Sequence record: SRR22947727_3604 | Reading direction: 5' to 3' (one strand) | Length of the DNA stretch: 56,685 nucleotides | In this document: positions 1 to 11,400 of the stretch, piece after piece | How the letters are laid out: each line of letters opens with the position of its first letter | Position numbering within the stretch: position 1 is the first letter of the stretch | Notes under the pieces: generated by a model | What the model saw: the letters and a program-made list of their open reading frames with translations, nothing else | The model's database searches: none | What the model was told of the DNA's origin: nothing | Position numbers and translations under genes: made by a program

Positions 1-64
1 AGTAGCTAAAAAAGCTCCTGCAGCTAAAAAGGCGACCACAAAAAAGAAAGAAGGAGATGCCTAA
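1..64 (+). CDS. rpsF: 3' end of probable 30S ribosomal protein S6 (partial), with Lys/Ala-rich tail
   Basis: Frame from position 2 reads VAKKAPAAKKATTKKKEGDA* (stop 62-64). Identity is inferred only from the conserved rpsF-priB-rpsR-rplI synteny. Confidence 0.6.
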   Translation, partial: VAKKAPAAKKATTKKKEGDA

Positions 65-67
65 CTA

Positions 68-361
68 GTGAATAAACTTCAAATCGAGGGTGAAATCTTA
101 TTTGAAGACAAAATTCGTTACACCCCTTCAGGGTTGGTTGTTCAAAGCTTTAAAATAGGACATAAATCTTTTCAACAAGAAGCGAATTTAAAAAAAGATG
201 TAAGTATTGAATTGGAAGCAATTTTTATTGATAAACATATGAGGAAAGAGATTCAGATTGGGAAACAATTTTTATTTATAGGGTTTCTGGACAAGAAATC
301 ATTTAAATCAACGAAATTAGTTTTCCATATTTCTGAAATTAAAAAATTAGGAGTTATATAA
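68..361 (+). CDS. priB: primosomal replication protein N (PriB)
   Basis: GTG start, RYTPSG motif, SSB-like size, lies directly before rpsR. Confidence 0.85.
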   Translation: MNKLQIEGEILFEDKIRYTPSGLVVQSFKIGHKSFQQEANLKKDVSIELEAIFIDKHMRKEIQIGKQFLFIGFLDKKSFKSTKLVFHISEIKKLGVI

Positions 362-363
362 TT

Positions 364-591
364 ATGGCAAGAGATATGTACAAAAGAAGAAGGTATTGCA
401 GATTTTCTGCTGAAGGGATAAGTGAGGTTGATTACAAAGATATCGGAATACTTAAAGACTTCATCACAGAGAATGGAAAGTTAATTCCTGCTAGAATTAC
501 TGGAACAAAAGCAAGATATCAAAGACAACTTTCAACTGCTGTAAAGCGTGCACGATTTTTAGCTTTGCTTCCGTTTACAGATAAGCATTAG
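364..591 (+). CDS. rpsR: 30S ribosomal protein S18
   Basis: DYKD...[12 protein letters not shown]...[11 protein letters not shown]. Confidence 0.98.
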   Translation: MARDMYKRRRYCRFSAEGISEVDYKDIGILKDFITENGKLIPARITGTKARYQRQLSTAVKRARFLALLPFTDKH

Positions 592-599
592 GAGGAAAA

Positions 600-1049
600 A
601 TGGAAATTATACTACTTGAAAAAATTGTAAATCTTGGTGAATTAGGTGATGTGGTAAACGTTAAAGATGGATTTGGAAGAAATTTCTTGATACCCCAAGG
701 TAAAGCTAAAAGAGCTACAGTTCAAAACATGGAAGAATTTAAAGTTAAAAAGGCTGAACTTGAAAAACAGCAAGCAGCACTAGAGAAATTATCTCAACAA
801 AGAGCTAAAAAACTTGATGGAGTGAGTATTACAATTTCTCAGAAAGCTGGTGTAGATGGCAAACTTTTTGGATCTGTAAATAATATTGATATTTCTGAAG
901 CACTTCTTAAAGAAGGACATGAGGTTGCAAAATCTGAAATTAGACTTCCTGATGGGCCACTTAAGTCAACAGGAGAGTTTGAGATTACGATTGATCTTCA
1001 ACATGAATCAACTGCTTTAATCAAAGTTACTATCGAAGGTGAAGAGTAA
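600..1049 (+). CDS. rplI: 50S ribosomal protein L9
   Basis: LGELGDVVNVKDGFGRNFLIPQG and GKLFGSV motifs. Confidence 0.98.
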   Translation: MEIILLEKIVNLGELGDVVNVKDGFGRNFLIPQGKAKRATVQNMEEFKVKKAELEKQQAALEKLSQQRAKKLDGVSITISQKAGVDGKLFGSVNNIDISEALLKEGHEVAKSEIRLPDGPLKSTGEFEITIDLQHESTALIKVTIEGEE

Positions 1050-1074
1050 TATTTTCAAATAAATTTAATTTTTT

Positions 1075-1102
1075 AGGCTGTCAATGAGGCAGCCTTTTTT
1101 TT
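1075..1102 (+). terminator. intrinsic terminator after rplI
   Basis: AGGCTGTC-aatga-GGCAGCCT hairpin followed by a T-run. Confidence 0.75.
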
Positions 1103-1120
1103 ATTCGTTATAATGAAAAG

Positions 1121-2500
1121 ATGGACGAAAACCAAATATCATCTCTAAAAGTACCACCTCATTCAATTGAGGCAGAACAATCAATTTTAGGTGGGCTATT
1201 GATTGATAATAAGGCAATTGATAGAATCGCCGGCCAAGTTTCAGCCTCTGATTTTTATAGAAATGATCATCAAATTATTTTTTCTCATATAAGCAAGTTA
1301 ATTGATCATAATCAACCCGCAGATATTGTAACTGTTGCAGAATCTTTAGAGCAGAATTCAGAATTAACTAAAGTAGGCGGGGTAGCTTATCTTGGACTTA
1401 TTGCCGAAAATACTCCCACAGCTTCAAATATCTCAGGCTACGCAAAAATTGTTCGTGAAAGATCAATTATGAGGAATCTTGTAGAAGTTGGTTCAGACAT
1501 TGTAGAGAGTGCCTTTTCTCCTCAAGGTAAAGATGCACAGCAGTTACTGGACGAATCGGAATCTAAAATCTTTCAAATTGCTGATGCCGGGACTTCAGAA
1601 AAATTAGGTTTCGTTGATATTAAAGAGTTATTACCAAAAGCCGCTCAAAGAATTGATGACTTATATCAATTAGATGATCCAAATGGAGTCACTGGTGTCC
1701 CTACAGGATATGCTGACTTGGATCAAAAGACAGCTGGTCTTCAGCCAGGAGATTTGATTATTATTGCTGGTCGGCCATCCATGGGTAAAACTTCTTTAGC
1801 CTTAAATATTGCCGAGCATGTTGGAATGGAAGCTGGTTTACCCGTAGCCATATTTTCAATGGAAATGGGTGCAGCACAGCTAACAATGCGTCTACTGGGT
1901 TCGGTAGGTAAATTAGACCAACATAAGATGAGGATTGGCCAATTAGAAGATGAGGATTGGCCAAAGTTAACCAATGCCTTAGGTGTCCTAAATGAAGCTC
2001 CAATATTTATAGATGAGGGATCTGCTTTAAATTCATATGAAGTTCGTGCAAGAGCTAGAAGGTTACATCGTCAACAAGGTAAATTAGGGCTTATTGTTAT
2101 TGATTATATTCAGCTTATGTCATCTGCAAATGATCAATCAGGAGAGAATAGAGCAACTGAGGTTTCTGAGATTTCAAGATCGTTAAAAGCATTAGCAAAA
2201 GAGTTAAATGTTCCTGTTGTTGCACTTTCTCAGCTCAATAGAAGTGTAGAGTCTAGACCTGATAAAAGGCCAATGATGTCAGATTTGAGAGAATCTGGTG
2301 CTATCGAACAAGATGCTGATGTGATTATGTTTATATATCGAGATGAGGTTTATAACCCTGAAACAGCTGAAAAGGGTGTGGCTGAAATTCTTTTATCAAA
2401 ACAAAGGAATGGTCCTACAGGTGTAGCAAAATTGACTTTCCTTGGACAATATACGCGCTTTGAAAATTACGCAAATCCAGGGTACGATTCAAATACATAA
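1121..2500 (+). CDS. dnaB: replicative DNA helicase
   Basis: PPHSIEAEQS, GRPSMGKT (Walker A), DYIQL, SDLRESGAIEQDAD. Confidence 0.98.
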   Translation: MDENQISSLKVPPHSIEAEQSILGGLLIDNKAIDRIAGQVSASDFYRNDHQIIFSHISKLIDHNQPADIVTVAESLEQNSELTKVGGVAYLGLIAENTPTASNISGYAKIVRERSIMRNLVEVGSDIVESAFSPQGKDAQQLLDESESKIFQIADAGTSEKLGFVDIKELLPKAAQRIDDLYQLDDPNGVTGVPTGYADLDQKTAGLQPGDLIIIAGRPSMGKTSLALNIAEHVGMEAGLPVAIFSMEMGAAQLTMRLLGSVGKLDQHKMRIGQLEDEDWPKLTNALGVLNEAPIFIDEGSALNSYEVRARARRLHRQQGKLGLIVIDYIQLMSSANDQSGENRATEVSEISRSLKALAKELNVPVVALSQLNRSVESRPDKRPMMSDLRESGAIEQDADVIMFIYRDEVYNPETAEKGVAEILLSKQRNGPTGVAKLTFLGQYTRFENYANPGYDSNT

Positions 2501-2503
2501 ACT

Positions 2504-3580
2504 ATGCGTCCGATAAAAGCTTGTATAAATTTAAGCGCACTTACTTTTAATCTTCAATCAATCAAAAAAATTGCAAAAAACAGTAAAGTAATGGCAGTTC
2601 TAAAAGCCAATGCTTATGGACATGGGTTAATCGAGTCAGTCAAGGCAATAAAAAATGTAGAGGGAATAGCAATTCTAACTATTGAAGAAGCTTCTAAAAT
2701 TAGAAAGGCAGGCTATAAAAATACAATATTACTCCTTGAAGGTTTATTTGCTGCCGAGGAAATTTACCAAGCAGAGAAACTAAATCTAAACATAACCTTA
2801 CATAATGATCGGCAAATTGAATTTTTAGATAATGTATTTTTAGAGAATCCTGTAAGCGTTCATTTGAAAATCAATACAGGAATGAATAGATTGGGATTCC
2901 CTCCCGATCAAATTGATTATCTGATTGAGAATTTAAATGCCAACCCAAACGTGTCAGATATAACTTTAATGACACACTTTGCTTCTGCTGATGAAAAAGA
3001 GGGGATTACAAAACAGTTAGATTGCTTTAATCGCATCACAGATAACTATAACCTTAGCAGTTCCGTAGCTAATTCAGCAGCCCTTTATAAATTTCCTGAA
3101 TCGAGGCTTGATTGGGTTAGGCCAGGTATTATGTTGTACGGCGCATCTCCTTTTGAAGATATTTCAGCTAAAAAACTTGATGTAAAGCCTGTGATGTCTC
3201 TAGTTAGTGAAATTATTGCTGTACAGGATCTTAAAACAGGGCAGGCCGTAGGTTACGGTAATAATTTTATCGCCAAAAAAGATATGCGCATAGGGATAGT
3301 TGCGTGTGGTTATGGAGATGGATACCCCCGACATGCCAAGACAGGAACACCAATCTTGGTTGATCAAAAAAAAACAACGACTGTTGGAAGAGTTTCTATG
3401 GATATGCTTTATGTTGATTTATCTAATAATCCTAATGCAGATATAGGCTCAGAAGTAGAAATGTGGGGAAATAATATTCCTGTCGATGATGTTGCAAAGA
3501 ACTCAGGCACCGTGGGGTATGAATTATTATGTAATGTTACCGCTTCAACTCGAGTTCCATTGGAGTACGAAGATGGCTAA
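2504..3580 (+). CDS. alr: alanine racemase
   Basis: AVLKANAYGHG (PLP lysine), GRVSMD. Confidence 0.97.
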   Translation: MRPIKACINLSALTFNLQSIKKIAKNSKVMAVLKANAYGHGLIESVKAIKNVEGIAILTIEEASKIRKAGYKNTILLLEGLFAAEEIYQAEKLNLNITLHNDRQIEFLDNVFLENPVSVHLKINTGMNRLGFPPDQIDYLIENLNANPNVSDITLMTHFASADEKEGITKQLDCFNRITDNYNLSSSVANSAALYKFPESRLDWVRPGIMLYGASPFEDISAKKLDVKPVMSLVSEIIAVQDLKTGQAVGYGNNFIAKKDMRIGIVACGYGDGYPRHAKTGTPILVDQKKTTTVGRVSMDMLYVDLSNNPNADIGSEVEMWGNNIPVDDVAKNSGTVGYELLCNVTASTRVPLEYEDG

Positions 3581-4943
3581 AAGTAAATCAGCTTTTCAGT
3601 GCAGAGAGTGTGGGGGCAATTCATCGAAATGGCAAGGTCAGTGTCCACATTGCTTTGTTTGGAATTCTCTCGAAGAAACAATAATTGAATCAAAAACACC
3701 ATCAAGGTTTGCAGCGTTATCAAAGACCAATGAGCTTACAAAGCTTGATGATGTAAAAGCTCTTTCTGTACCCAAAAGAAAAACGAATATCTCAGAATTT
3801 GACCGTGTTCTGGGCGGAGGTTTTGTTCCAGGAGGGGTAATTTTGATAGGGGGTGATCCAGGTATAGGTAAGTCAACGATTTTAATTCAAGCATTGTCAA
3901 AAATTACTCAAGATCCAAAAGATGACTGTAATGTAATTTACGTTAGTGGAGAGGAGTCGAAGGAACAAATTGCAATGAGAGCAAAAAGACTTGAGTTAGA
4001 TGTATCTGATATTTCAATTTTATCTGAAATTAATCTTGAGAAAATTGTAAGTGTTGTCCAAAAGAATAAACCAAATGTAGTTGTTATTGACTCCATTCAA
4101 ACAATTTATTCAGAAGAAATTACCTCAGCACCAGGATCTGTTACACAAGTTAGAGAATGCTCTGCACAGCTAACACGCGTAGCTAAACAATTTGATATAA
4201 CGATGCTTCTTGTAGGCCATGTAACCAAAGAAGGGACTTTAGCAGGACCAAGAGTTCTAGAGCATATTGTAGATACAGTTTTATATTTTGAAGGAGACCC
4301 AAGTTCAAGCTTTAGAATGATTCGAGCATTTAAGAATCGCTTTGGTGCAGTTAACGAATTAGGTGTTTTTGCGATGACTGAAAAAGGTTTGAAAGAGGTA
4401 ACAAATCCATCGGCACTCTTTTTATCACATCATCATAAGGAGGTAAATGGATCTTGTATCACTTGTATCCAAGAAGGTTCTAGACCCATGCTCATTGAAA
4501 TACAGGCTCTAGTAGACAATGCTCATGGACATTCACCCAAAAGACTGTCGGTCGGATTAGATCAAAATAGACTGGCTATGCTACTAGCATCACTCAACAG
4601 GCATGCTGGAATCGCATGTTTTGATCAAGATGTTTTTGTTAATGCTGTGGGAGGGGTAAAAATTGTAGAGCCAGGGGTAGATTTAGCTATTTTGTGTGCC
4701 ATTGTTTCATCATTCACGAATCAACCGCTTGACCAAAAAACAGTTATCTTTGGTGAAATAGGTCTAGCAGGTGAAGTAAGACCAGTTCAAAGGGGTCAAG
4801 AGAGATTAAAAGAAGCTGCAAAATTAGGTTTTACAAAAGCAATTATCCCCAAAGCAAACCAAGCTAAACAAAAGATTAATGGTATTGAGATATCTCCGGT
4901 AGATAATCTTTCGCAAGCTATCAAGTTATTGAAAAATATTTAA
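3573..4943 (+). CDS. radA: DNA repair protein RadA/Sms
   Basis: Start re-called at ATG 3573 (MAKSKSAFQCRECG). C4 zinc finger, GDPGIGKST, KNRFG motif. Confidence 0.97.
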   Translation: MAKSKSAFQCRECGGNSSKWQGQCPHCFVWNSLEETIIESKTPSRFAALSKTNELTKLDDVKALSVPKRKTNISEFDRVLGGGFVPGGVILIGGDPGIGKSTILIQALSKITQDPKDDCNVIYVSGEESKEQIAMRAKRLELDVSDISILSEINLEKIVSVVQKNKPNVVVIDSIQTIYSEEITSAPGSVTQVRECSAQLTRVAKQFDITMLLVGHVTKEGTLAGPRVLEHIVDTVLYFEGDPSSSFRMIRAFKNRFGAVNELGVFAMTEKGLKEVTNPSALFLSHHHKEVNGSCITCIQEGSRPMLIEIQALVDNAHGHSPKRLSVGLDQNRLAMLLASLNRHAGIACFDQDVFVNAVGGVKIVEPGVDLAILCAIVSSFTNQPLDQKTVIFGEIGLAGEVRPVQRGQERLKEAAKLGFTKAIIPKANQAKQKINGIEISPVDNLSQAIKLLKNI

Positions 4944-4948
4944 GCGTT

Positions 4949-5794
4949 CTAAATAAATGAACATCCAAGCATAGTTAGAATTGAAATTCTCATTTTCCTA
5001 AATCCAGGCAGGATAGTTTTTTGATTAAGAATTTTTTCAGGGTTATCTTTTACAATCTCTTTGAGAAGCACATAGTAAATGTTACCCATTACAAGGCTTA
5101 TTTTCTGCGATTTCTTGTCTTCTATAGGTAATGTTTTAGAAGCTAATTCATAAAATTTCTTTGCTCTATCTGATTGATTTTGAACTAGTATTTTTATTTT
5201 TTCACTATTCTTAAGTGAGATAATCTCTTCCTCGGATACACCTAATTTTTTTAATTCATCAAGTGGTATGTATATCCTGCCTCTTCTAGCATCCTCACCT
5301 AGATCTCTAATAATATTAGTTAACTGTAATGCAATTCCAAGATTTTTCGCGAAGGTGAGGGTGTCTTTATTTTTGAAGCCAAAAATATGTGCGGAGAGAA
5401 TACCGACACATGAAGCAACCCTATAGCAATAAAGTTTAAGCTGTTCAAAGCTCTCGTATCGATTAAATTTTACATCCATCTCCATACCATCAATTATTTC
5501 AATAAAATAATTCTTTGAAAGATTAAAGTGACTTAGAAAAGGATGTAGCGCTTTACTGACTGGGTGCTGAGGTGTACCTTTGAAGAGTCTTTCTACCTCC
5601 TCTCGCCACCAGTTTAATTTTTTACTTGCAATTTCATGATCGAGGCATTCATCAGCAATATCATCGACCTCTCTACAATATGCATATAGAGCAGTTAAGG
5701 CTTCACGCTTTTCTTTTTTTAGAAAAATAAAAGCAGATAGGAAGTTTGAGTGACTCTCTTTTGTTTTTTGCTTACAGTATTCTTGTGGTGTCAT
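4949..5794 (-). CDS. hpnD: presqualene diphosphate synthase HpnD
   Basis: MTPQEYC...YAYCREVDDIAD, LQLTNIIRDLGEDARRGRIY; follows hpnC. Confidence 0.85.
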   Translation of the reverse strand: MTPQEYCKQKTKESHSNFLSAFIFLKKEKREALTALYAYCREVDDIADECLDHEIASKKLNWWREEVERLFKGTPQHPVSKALHPFLSHFNLSKNYFIEIIDGMEMDVKFNRYESFEQLKLYCYRVASCVGILSAHIFGFKNKDTLTFAKNLGIALQLTNIIRDLGEDARRGRIYIPLDELKKLGVSEEEIISLKNSEKIKILVQNQSDRAKKFYELASKTLPIEDKKSQKISLVMGNIYYVLLKEIVKDNPEKILNQKTILPGFRKMRISILTMLGCSFI

Positions 5795-6639
5795 TTTTTA
5801 TAGATAACAGTTTTGAATAGTAAAATTGACCAATCTAATTTTGAAATTTTAGGTGGATTCATAAACCAATCACAGTCATCCTTTTTTAATCTTTTGATTA
5901 ACAAATCAGCACCCGAAATTAATATATTAATTTGCAGTTTTAATCGCCCACTAACATTTTCATTTAAAGGCCTCCCTTTATTTAGTAATAATTCTATCCT
6001 TTTTAACCATGAAACTTTAAATATTTTCCAGCTTGGGGTAAAGGATTTACTTTTGATATCAGTTTTTTTAAGTCTAAATTTCTGCATCTCTGTTATCGGT
6101 ATATAAAGCCTTCCTTTCAACAAGTCTTCATAGATATCCTGGCTCATCCCAATCAATGCAAGCGCCTGACATAGGTAGTTAGAGTAGTTTATATTGGTTT
6201 TATTATGCTCACCAAATAGTCTTAAGATCATTTCCCCTACAGGGCATGCCGCATTATTACAATAATCAATTAAATCATTAAAATTTTTATATGATTTTTT
6301 TTCAACATCCTGTTTAAAGGCAGAAATCAACCTCTCAAACAAGTTAATATCAAGTGAAAACTCACTTATAACTTTCTCTAAATCCTTAAAAAATGGAGTT
6401 TGAATTTCTTTTTTAAGCTTTATTGCATCAATATTTATTTCTATTTCTCTGAGCAACTTTTGCCTTTGTTTCTTTGTTAATTTACCTTCATCTGCAATAT
6501 CATCTGCCTCTCTAGCAAATGAATAAAGAAGTGTCGCGGCATCTCGATGTTTTTTTGGAAAAAGTAATGTAGCCACTGGAAAATTTTCATAGTGTTTTTT
6601 TGTCACTTTTGCTTTTTCGAGGGTAATATATTGACTCAT
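5791..6639 (-). CDS. hpnC: hydroxysqualene synthase HpnC
   Basis: HYENFPVA signature, FAREADDIADEG, AFKQD. Confidence 0.88.
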   Translation of the reverse strand: MSQYITLEKAKVTKKHYENFPVATLLFPKKHRDAATLLYSFAREADDIADEGKLTKKQRQKLLREIEINIDAIKLKKEIQTPFFKDLEKVISEFSLDINLFERLISAFKQDVEKKSYKNFNDLIDYCNNAACPVGEMILRLFGEHNKTNINYSNYLCQALALIGMSQDIYEDLLKGRLYIPITEMQKFRLKKTDIKSKSFTPSWKIFKVSWLKRIELLLNKGRPLNENVSGRLKLQINILISGADLLIKRLKKDDCDWFMNPPKISKLDWSILLFKTVIYKK

Positions 6640-6691
6640 AAATTAAGTATGCCATAGACTGGCATCATGATGATTTTCAATAGGACGCTTA

Positions 6692-7438
6692 ATGATCGGT
6701 GTAATTGGTGGAACAGGCTTAAGAAAGATTGAAGGGCTCAATATAACTAATGAGTCATTGGTCGACACACCTTATGGCAAACCATCGGATAAAATAATCA
6801 TTGGTAAGTTAGATAATCGAGACGTTGCTTTTCTCCCAAGGCATGGAGACGGGCATACGATCCCCCCTCATTTAATTAATTATAGGGCAAATATTTATGC
6901 TCTAAATACTTTAGGCGTTAAGGCTATTTTTGGTATTGCAACAGTTGGGTCTATTCCTATCGCTATCAATCCCGGCTCCATTGTATTTCCTCATCAAATA
7001 ATTGATTACACCTATGGTCGAGACCATACATTCTTTGATGGCATTAAAAATCCAGTATCACATATAGATTTTACAAGTCCTTACAACGCAAAATTAAGAG
7101 AATTACTATGTAAAAATTCATCATTAGAGGACATGATTTTTGTCAAAGAGGGGGTTTATGCTGCAGTCCAAGGACCTAGACTTGAAACTGCTGCAGAAAT
7201 AGACAGGTATGAGAGAGATGGGGCGACAATAGTAGGTATGACGGGGATGCCTGAGGCCTCATTAGCTAAAGAGCTAGATATTCCATATGCAGCAATATGT
7301 CCTGTTGCAAATTTTGCAGCTGGCAGACAAAGCAGTAAAGATGGTATTACGCATGAAGAAATTAATAAGCAATCTGAGATGATGTCACACAATGTTAGTA
7401 AATTTTTAAAGGTGGTGGTTGAAGCTTATGGCAATTAG
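6692..7438 (+). CDS. mtnP: S-methyl-5'-thioinosine/thioadenosine phosphorylase
   Basis: [30 protein letters not shown]. The ANFAAG motif resembles the MTI-specific type rather than TDYD. Confidence 0.85.
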   Translation: MIGVIGGTGLRKIEGLNITNESLVDTPYGKPSDKIIIGKLDNRDVAFLPRHGDGHTIPPHLINYRANIYALNTLGVKAIFGIATVGSIPIAINPGSIVFPHQIIDYTYGRDHTFFDGIKNPVSHIDFTSPYNAKLRELLCKNSSLEDMIFVKEGVYAAVQGPRLETAAEIDRYERDGATIVGMTGMPEASLAKELDIPYAAICPVANFAAGRQSSKDGITHEEINKQSEMMSHNVSKFLKVVVEAYGN

Positions 7439-7943
7439 AGAAATATTAAGGATGGGTAATCCTATCTTGCTGAAAGTATCTGAAAAAGTTAAAAAATTTG
7501 ATACCCCTGAAATTCATGAATTAATTAAGGACATGATTGAAACTATGAAAGATGCTCAAGGAGCTGGACTTGCTGCACCGCAAGTTGGGGAGAGTATTCA
7601 ATTGGTCATATTTGGTGTTGATAAAAATGAGCGATACCCAGATGCGGAGGAGGTGCCATTTACTGTGCTTATCAACCCTGTCATCACACCCTTAACCCAA
7701 GAAAAAGAGGATGATTGGGAAGGGTGTCTATCAGTTCCTGGGATGAGGGGAGTTGTCCCTAGATATAAGACAATTAACTATAAAGGGTTTGATCAATATG
7801 GCAATGAGATCAATAGAAATGCAGAAGGGTTTCACGCGAGGGTAGTTCAACATGAGTGTGACCATCTATTCGGAATTTTGTATCCCTCACGCATCGAAAA
7901 TATGAAACTCTTTGGTTTCCATGACGAAATATTTGCCGAATAA
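7428..7943 (+). CDS. def: peptide deformylase
   Basis: [19 protein letters not shown]; start re-called at ATG 7428. Confidence 0.97.
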   Translation: MAIREILRMGNPILLKVSEKVKKFDTPEIHELIKDMIETMKDAQGAGLAAPQVGESIQLVIFGVDKNERYPDAEEVPFTVLINPVITPLTQEKEDDWEGCLSVPGMRGVVPRYKTINYKGFDQYGNEINRNAEGFHARVVQHECDHLFGILYPSRIENMKLFGFHDEIFAE

Positions 7944-7985
7944 ATTTTGTTCAATGTATATACGATATGATAAAATTCCGTTTCC

Positions 7986-8075
7986 GGAAGAGTGGCAGAG
8001 CGGTTTAATGCACCGGTCTTGAAAACCGACGTGGGTTCATACCCACCGTGAGTTCGAATCTCACCTCTTCCGCCA
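7986..8075 (+). tRNA. tRNA-Ser(TGA)
   Basis: GGAAGAG acceptor stem pairs with CTCTTCC-GCCA. Anticodon loop CT-TGA-AA, long variable arm, GTTCGAATC T-loop. Confidence 0.97.
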
Positions 8076-8076
8076 T
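8061..8076 (+). repeat. att core (left), 16 bp TCACCTCTTCCGCCAT
   Basis: Identical to 20336-20351 and overlaps the tRNA 3' end. Confidence 0.92.
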
Positions 8077-8140
8077 TATTATTGACTTAATTTATTTATA
8101 ATCAATGACTTAAAAGATAATAACCACTTCTTTAGTGGTT

Positions 8141-8164
8141 TGATATACGGTTTGATATACGGTT
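8141..8164 (+). repeat. tandem TGATATACGGTT x2, putative integrase arm-type sites
   Basis: The same 12-mer recurs three times at 20176-20218. Confidence 0.8.
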
Positions 8165-8454
8165 AAGTTTGAATAACATAGCATTATCACCATATAAGAC
8201 ACCCCACCACACCCCCATGCCATCACTTTCAAACTGGGACTCCTAACTACCCCTATACATCTTAATCTGCACAAATGATGCCTAGTTTTCTCAAAACACA
8301 CCCCCTATGAAATACAAAAGGCTATGCAAAAAATATTTCTAGCAAAAATCCTCAATACCTCATTTGCCAGCTTAATTTATTCCTTTAATAAAATTTATAT
8401 CTTTATAGTAATGTAAACCCATAAATCTTAATCATGTTCTAAAGTGAAAATTTC

Positions 8455-11400
8455 TTACTCGTAGGGTTTTCTTCCTTCGTATGCTAATCGATAAAGTACA
8501 GGCAACACTAGCAATGTAAGTAAGGTTGAAGACCATACGCCACCGATTACAACCGTGGCTAGCGGTCGTTGTATTTCAGCACCTACCCCTGTGGCAATGG
8601 CCATAGGAATGAAACCAAGTGATGCAACCATGGCCGTTATTAAAATAGCTCTTAGACGACTCAAGCTACCTTCTTCAATGGCAGTCTCTAATGATTTTCC
8701 TTCAGCCAATAATTGCCGAATAAAGCTAATCATAACGAGGCCATTCAAGACAGCAATCCCTGATAGTGCTATTAAACCAACGCCTGCAGAGATAGAGAGG
8801 GGTATATCTCGCAGCCATAACATTAATACACCCCCAGTTAATGCAAACGGAATACCAGTGAACACAATCAGACCATCTTTAAGGTTATTAAACATGGCGT
8901 AAAGCAATATAAATACTAATAACAAGACCATTGGCACTACAATTTTTAACCGGTCGCTAGCTTTTTGTAATTGTTCAAAAGTCCCACCCCAGTTAATCCA
9001 ATAACCAGCTGGGATATTGACCTCTTGTTGAATTCGTTGCTGAGCTTCAGCTACGTATGAACCAATGTCACGCTCTCGAACATTGGCCGTAATAACCACA
9101 TTACGTTTTCCATTTTCGCGACTGAACTGATTGATGCCTTGGGATATATCAATGCTTGCAACCTCCCCAAGTTGCAAGTAAACGGGTGCTTCTGCATTAT
9201 TAGTTACTTTGATTGGCAGTCGTTTAAGTGTATCCATATTCACTCTGGCCTCTTCGGCTAAGCGAACGACAATTTGAAAGCGCCTGTCTCCTTGGAATAG
9301 TGTACCAGTCTCATATCCATTCATGGCAATCGCAATCACTTCTTGCACGTCTGCCAAGTTAACTCCTAGCCTCGCAACTTTTTGACGATCAATATTGACG
9401 GTGAGAATGGGTAACCCAGTTGTTTGTTCAACTTTAACGTCTTCACCACCTTGAATTCCTGCCAGCACATGAGAGATGTCTTCAGCCGTAGAGTTCATTA
9501 CTTGGATATCATCACCAAATACTTTCACAGCTACATCGCTTCGGATGCCAGATATGAGCTCATTAAAACGCATTTCCATGGGCTGTGTGAATTCGTAATT
9601 ATTACCTGGCACGTTTTTTAATGCTTTTTGCATTTGGGCAATCAGCGAATTTTTGCTTAGGTTAGGGTCTGGCCATTCTGACTTCGGCTTTAGCATAATA
9701 AAGTTATCTGCAACATTTGGAGGCATTGGGTCGGTGGCTATTTCTGCTGTTCCCAATTTGGCAAATACTCGGTCTACCTGTGGAAATTCTTTCACGGTAG
9801 ACTCTAACTCCCTTTGCATGGTGACCGCTTGCGTTAAGCTAGTGCCAGGAATGCGCAATGCATGCAAAGCAATATCGCCTTCATCGAGGCTAGGGACAAA
9901 CTCGCTACCCATGCGACTTGCTAATAAGCCACTCAACGCGACTGAGACCACTGCAATCGTTAGCACTAATACTTTGTTGAGGATTGCCCATCGCAGCAAA
10001 GGTAAATAGCGCTGTTTAGCCAGAACAATCAATGTTTGTTCTTTTTCTTCCACTTTTCCCGTAACTATTAGAGCTACTGCGGCGGGTATAAACGTCACTG
10101 ATAAGATCATTGCGGATATTAAAGCGAAGACGACGGTGAAGGCCATTGGGTGGAACATCTTACCCTCTACCCCTGTGAGAGAAAAAATGGGCAAGTACAC
10201 TGCTATGATTATCAGTTGCCCATAAATCAAAGGTTTTCTGACTTCTTTCGCCGATGTGAATACTTCATTAAAGCGCTCTGATCTAGTGAGTAGCCTGCCT
10301 GCGCTATTTTGTGCATTAGCTAATCGACGCATACAATTCTCTACGATCACAACTGCACCATCAATAATGATACCGAAGTCTATTGCCCCTAAACTCATCA
10401 AGTTAGCACTAACTTTACCTGCCGCCATCCCCGTGAATGTGAACAACATAGTTAAAGGAATCACTAACATCGTGATAATTGCTGCCCGTATATTGCCTAA
10501 AAAGATAAACAAAATAGCAACGACTAATATTGCTCCTTCAAGCAGGTTAGTTTTTACGGTATTGATAGCTTTATTAATTAAAATTGTTCGGTCATACATC
10601 GTCCTTGTTATTACACCTGCCGGTAAAGTTTGATTAATCTTTTTTAGCTGCTTTTCAACGGCAATTGATACTTCTCGACTATTTTCACCTACTAACATGA
10701 ACACGGTGCCTAATACTACTTCTTGACCATTTTCTGTAGCAGCGCCATTTCTTGATTCGCTTCCAATCATGACCTCAGCAACATCTTTAATACGTAATGG
10801 AACGCCCGCTTTAGTCTCTAGCACAATATTACCTATATCTGCTAGGTTACTAACTTGCCCTGGCACGCGAATCAAATACTGTTCACCTGATTTTTCAATA
10901 TAACCTGCACCAATATTGGCATTGTTATTTTCTAGTGCCAAAACTAAATCTTTCAGAGATAACCCTCTTGATACTAAGCGGTCGATATAAGGTGCCACCT
11001 GATATTGTTTTACGTAACCACCGACAGTATTAATTTCATTAACTCCTGGCACATTCCGTAATTGCGGTTTAATGATCCAGTCTTGGACTTCACGAAGGTC
11101 CATTAAGGTATAAGGAGTATTGTCTGTTTTTAGGGCGCCTTCTTCAGCTTCAACGGTCCACATAAAAATTTCGCCGAGCCCTGTTGAAGCTGGGCCCATT
11201 TCAGGAATAATACCAATAGGCAAACTCTGTTTAACTTGCTGGATTCGCTCATTGACAAGCTGCCTAGCAAAATAAATATCCGTCCCTTCTTTAAATACAA
11301 TGGTGACTTGAGATAAGCCATAACGTGAAATTGAGCGCGTTTGTTCTAATTTAGGTAACCCAGCCATGGCAGTTTCTATTGGATAGGTAACTCTTTGCTC

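Noticed and set aside
6649-6665. ATGCCA-N5-TGGCAT inverted repeat in the hpnC/mtnP divergent gap
   Set aside because: Only 6-bp arms and no candidate regulator, so too weak to call
8110-8301. 63-aa ORF containing 'TVYQTVYQT'
   Set aside because: The peptide repeat is just the translation of the arm-site DNA repeat in the att region
8555-11321. Several short ORFs inside czcA, and similar ones inside dnaB, hpnC, the crt genes, the RND genes, ppsA, tig and clpP/clpX
   Set aside because: They are fully nested in well-supported genes and are antisense or off-frame artefacts
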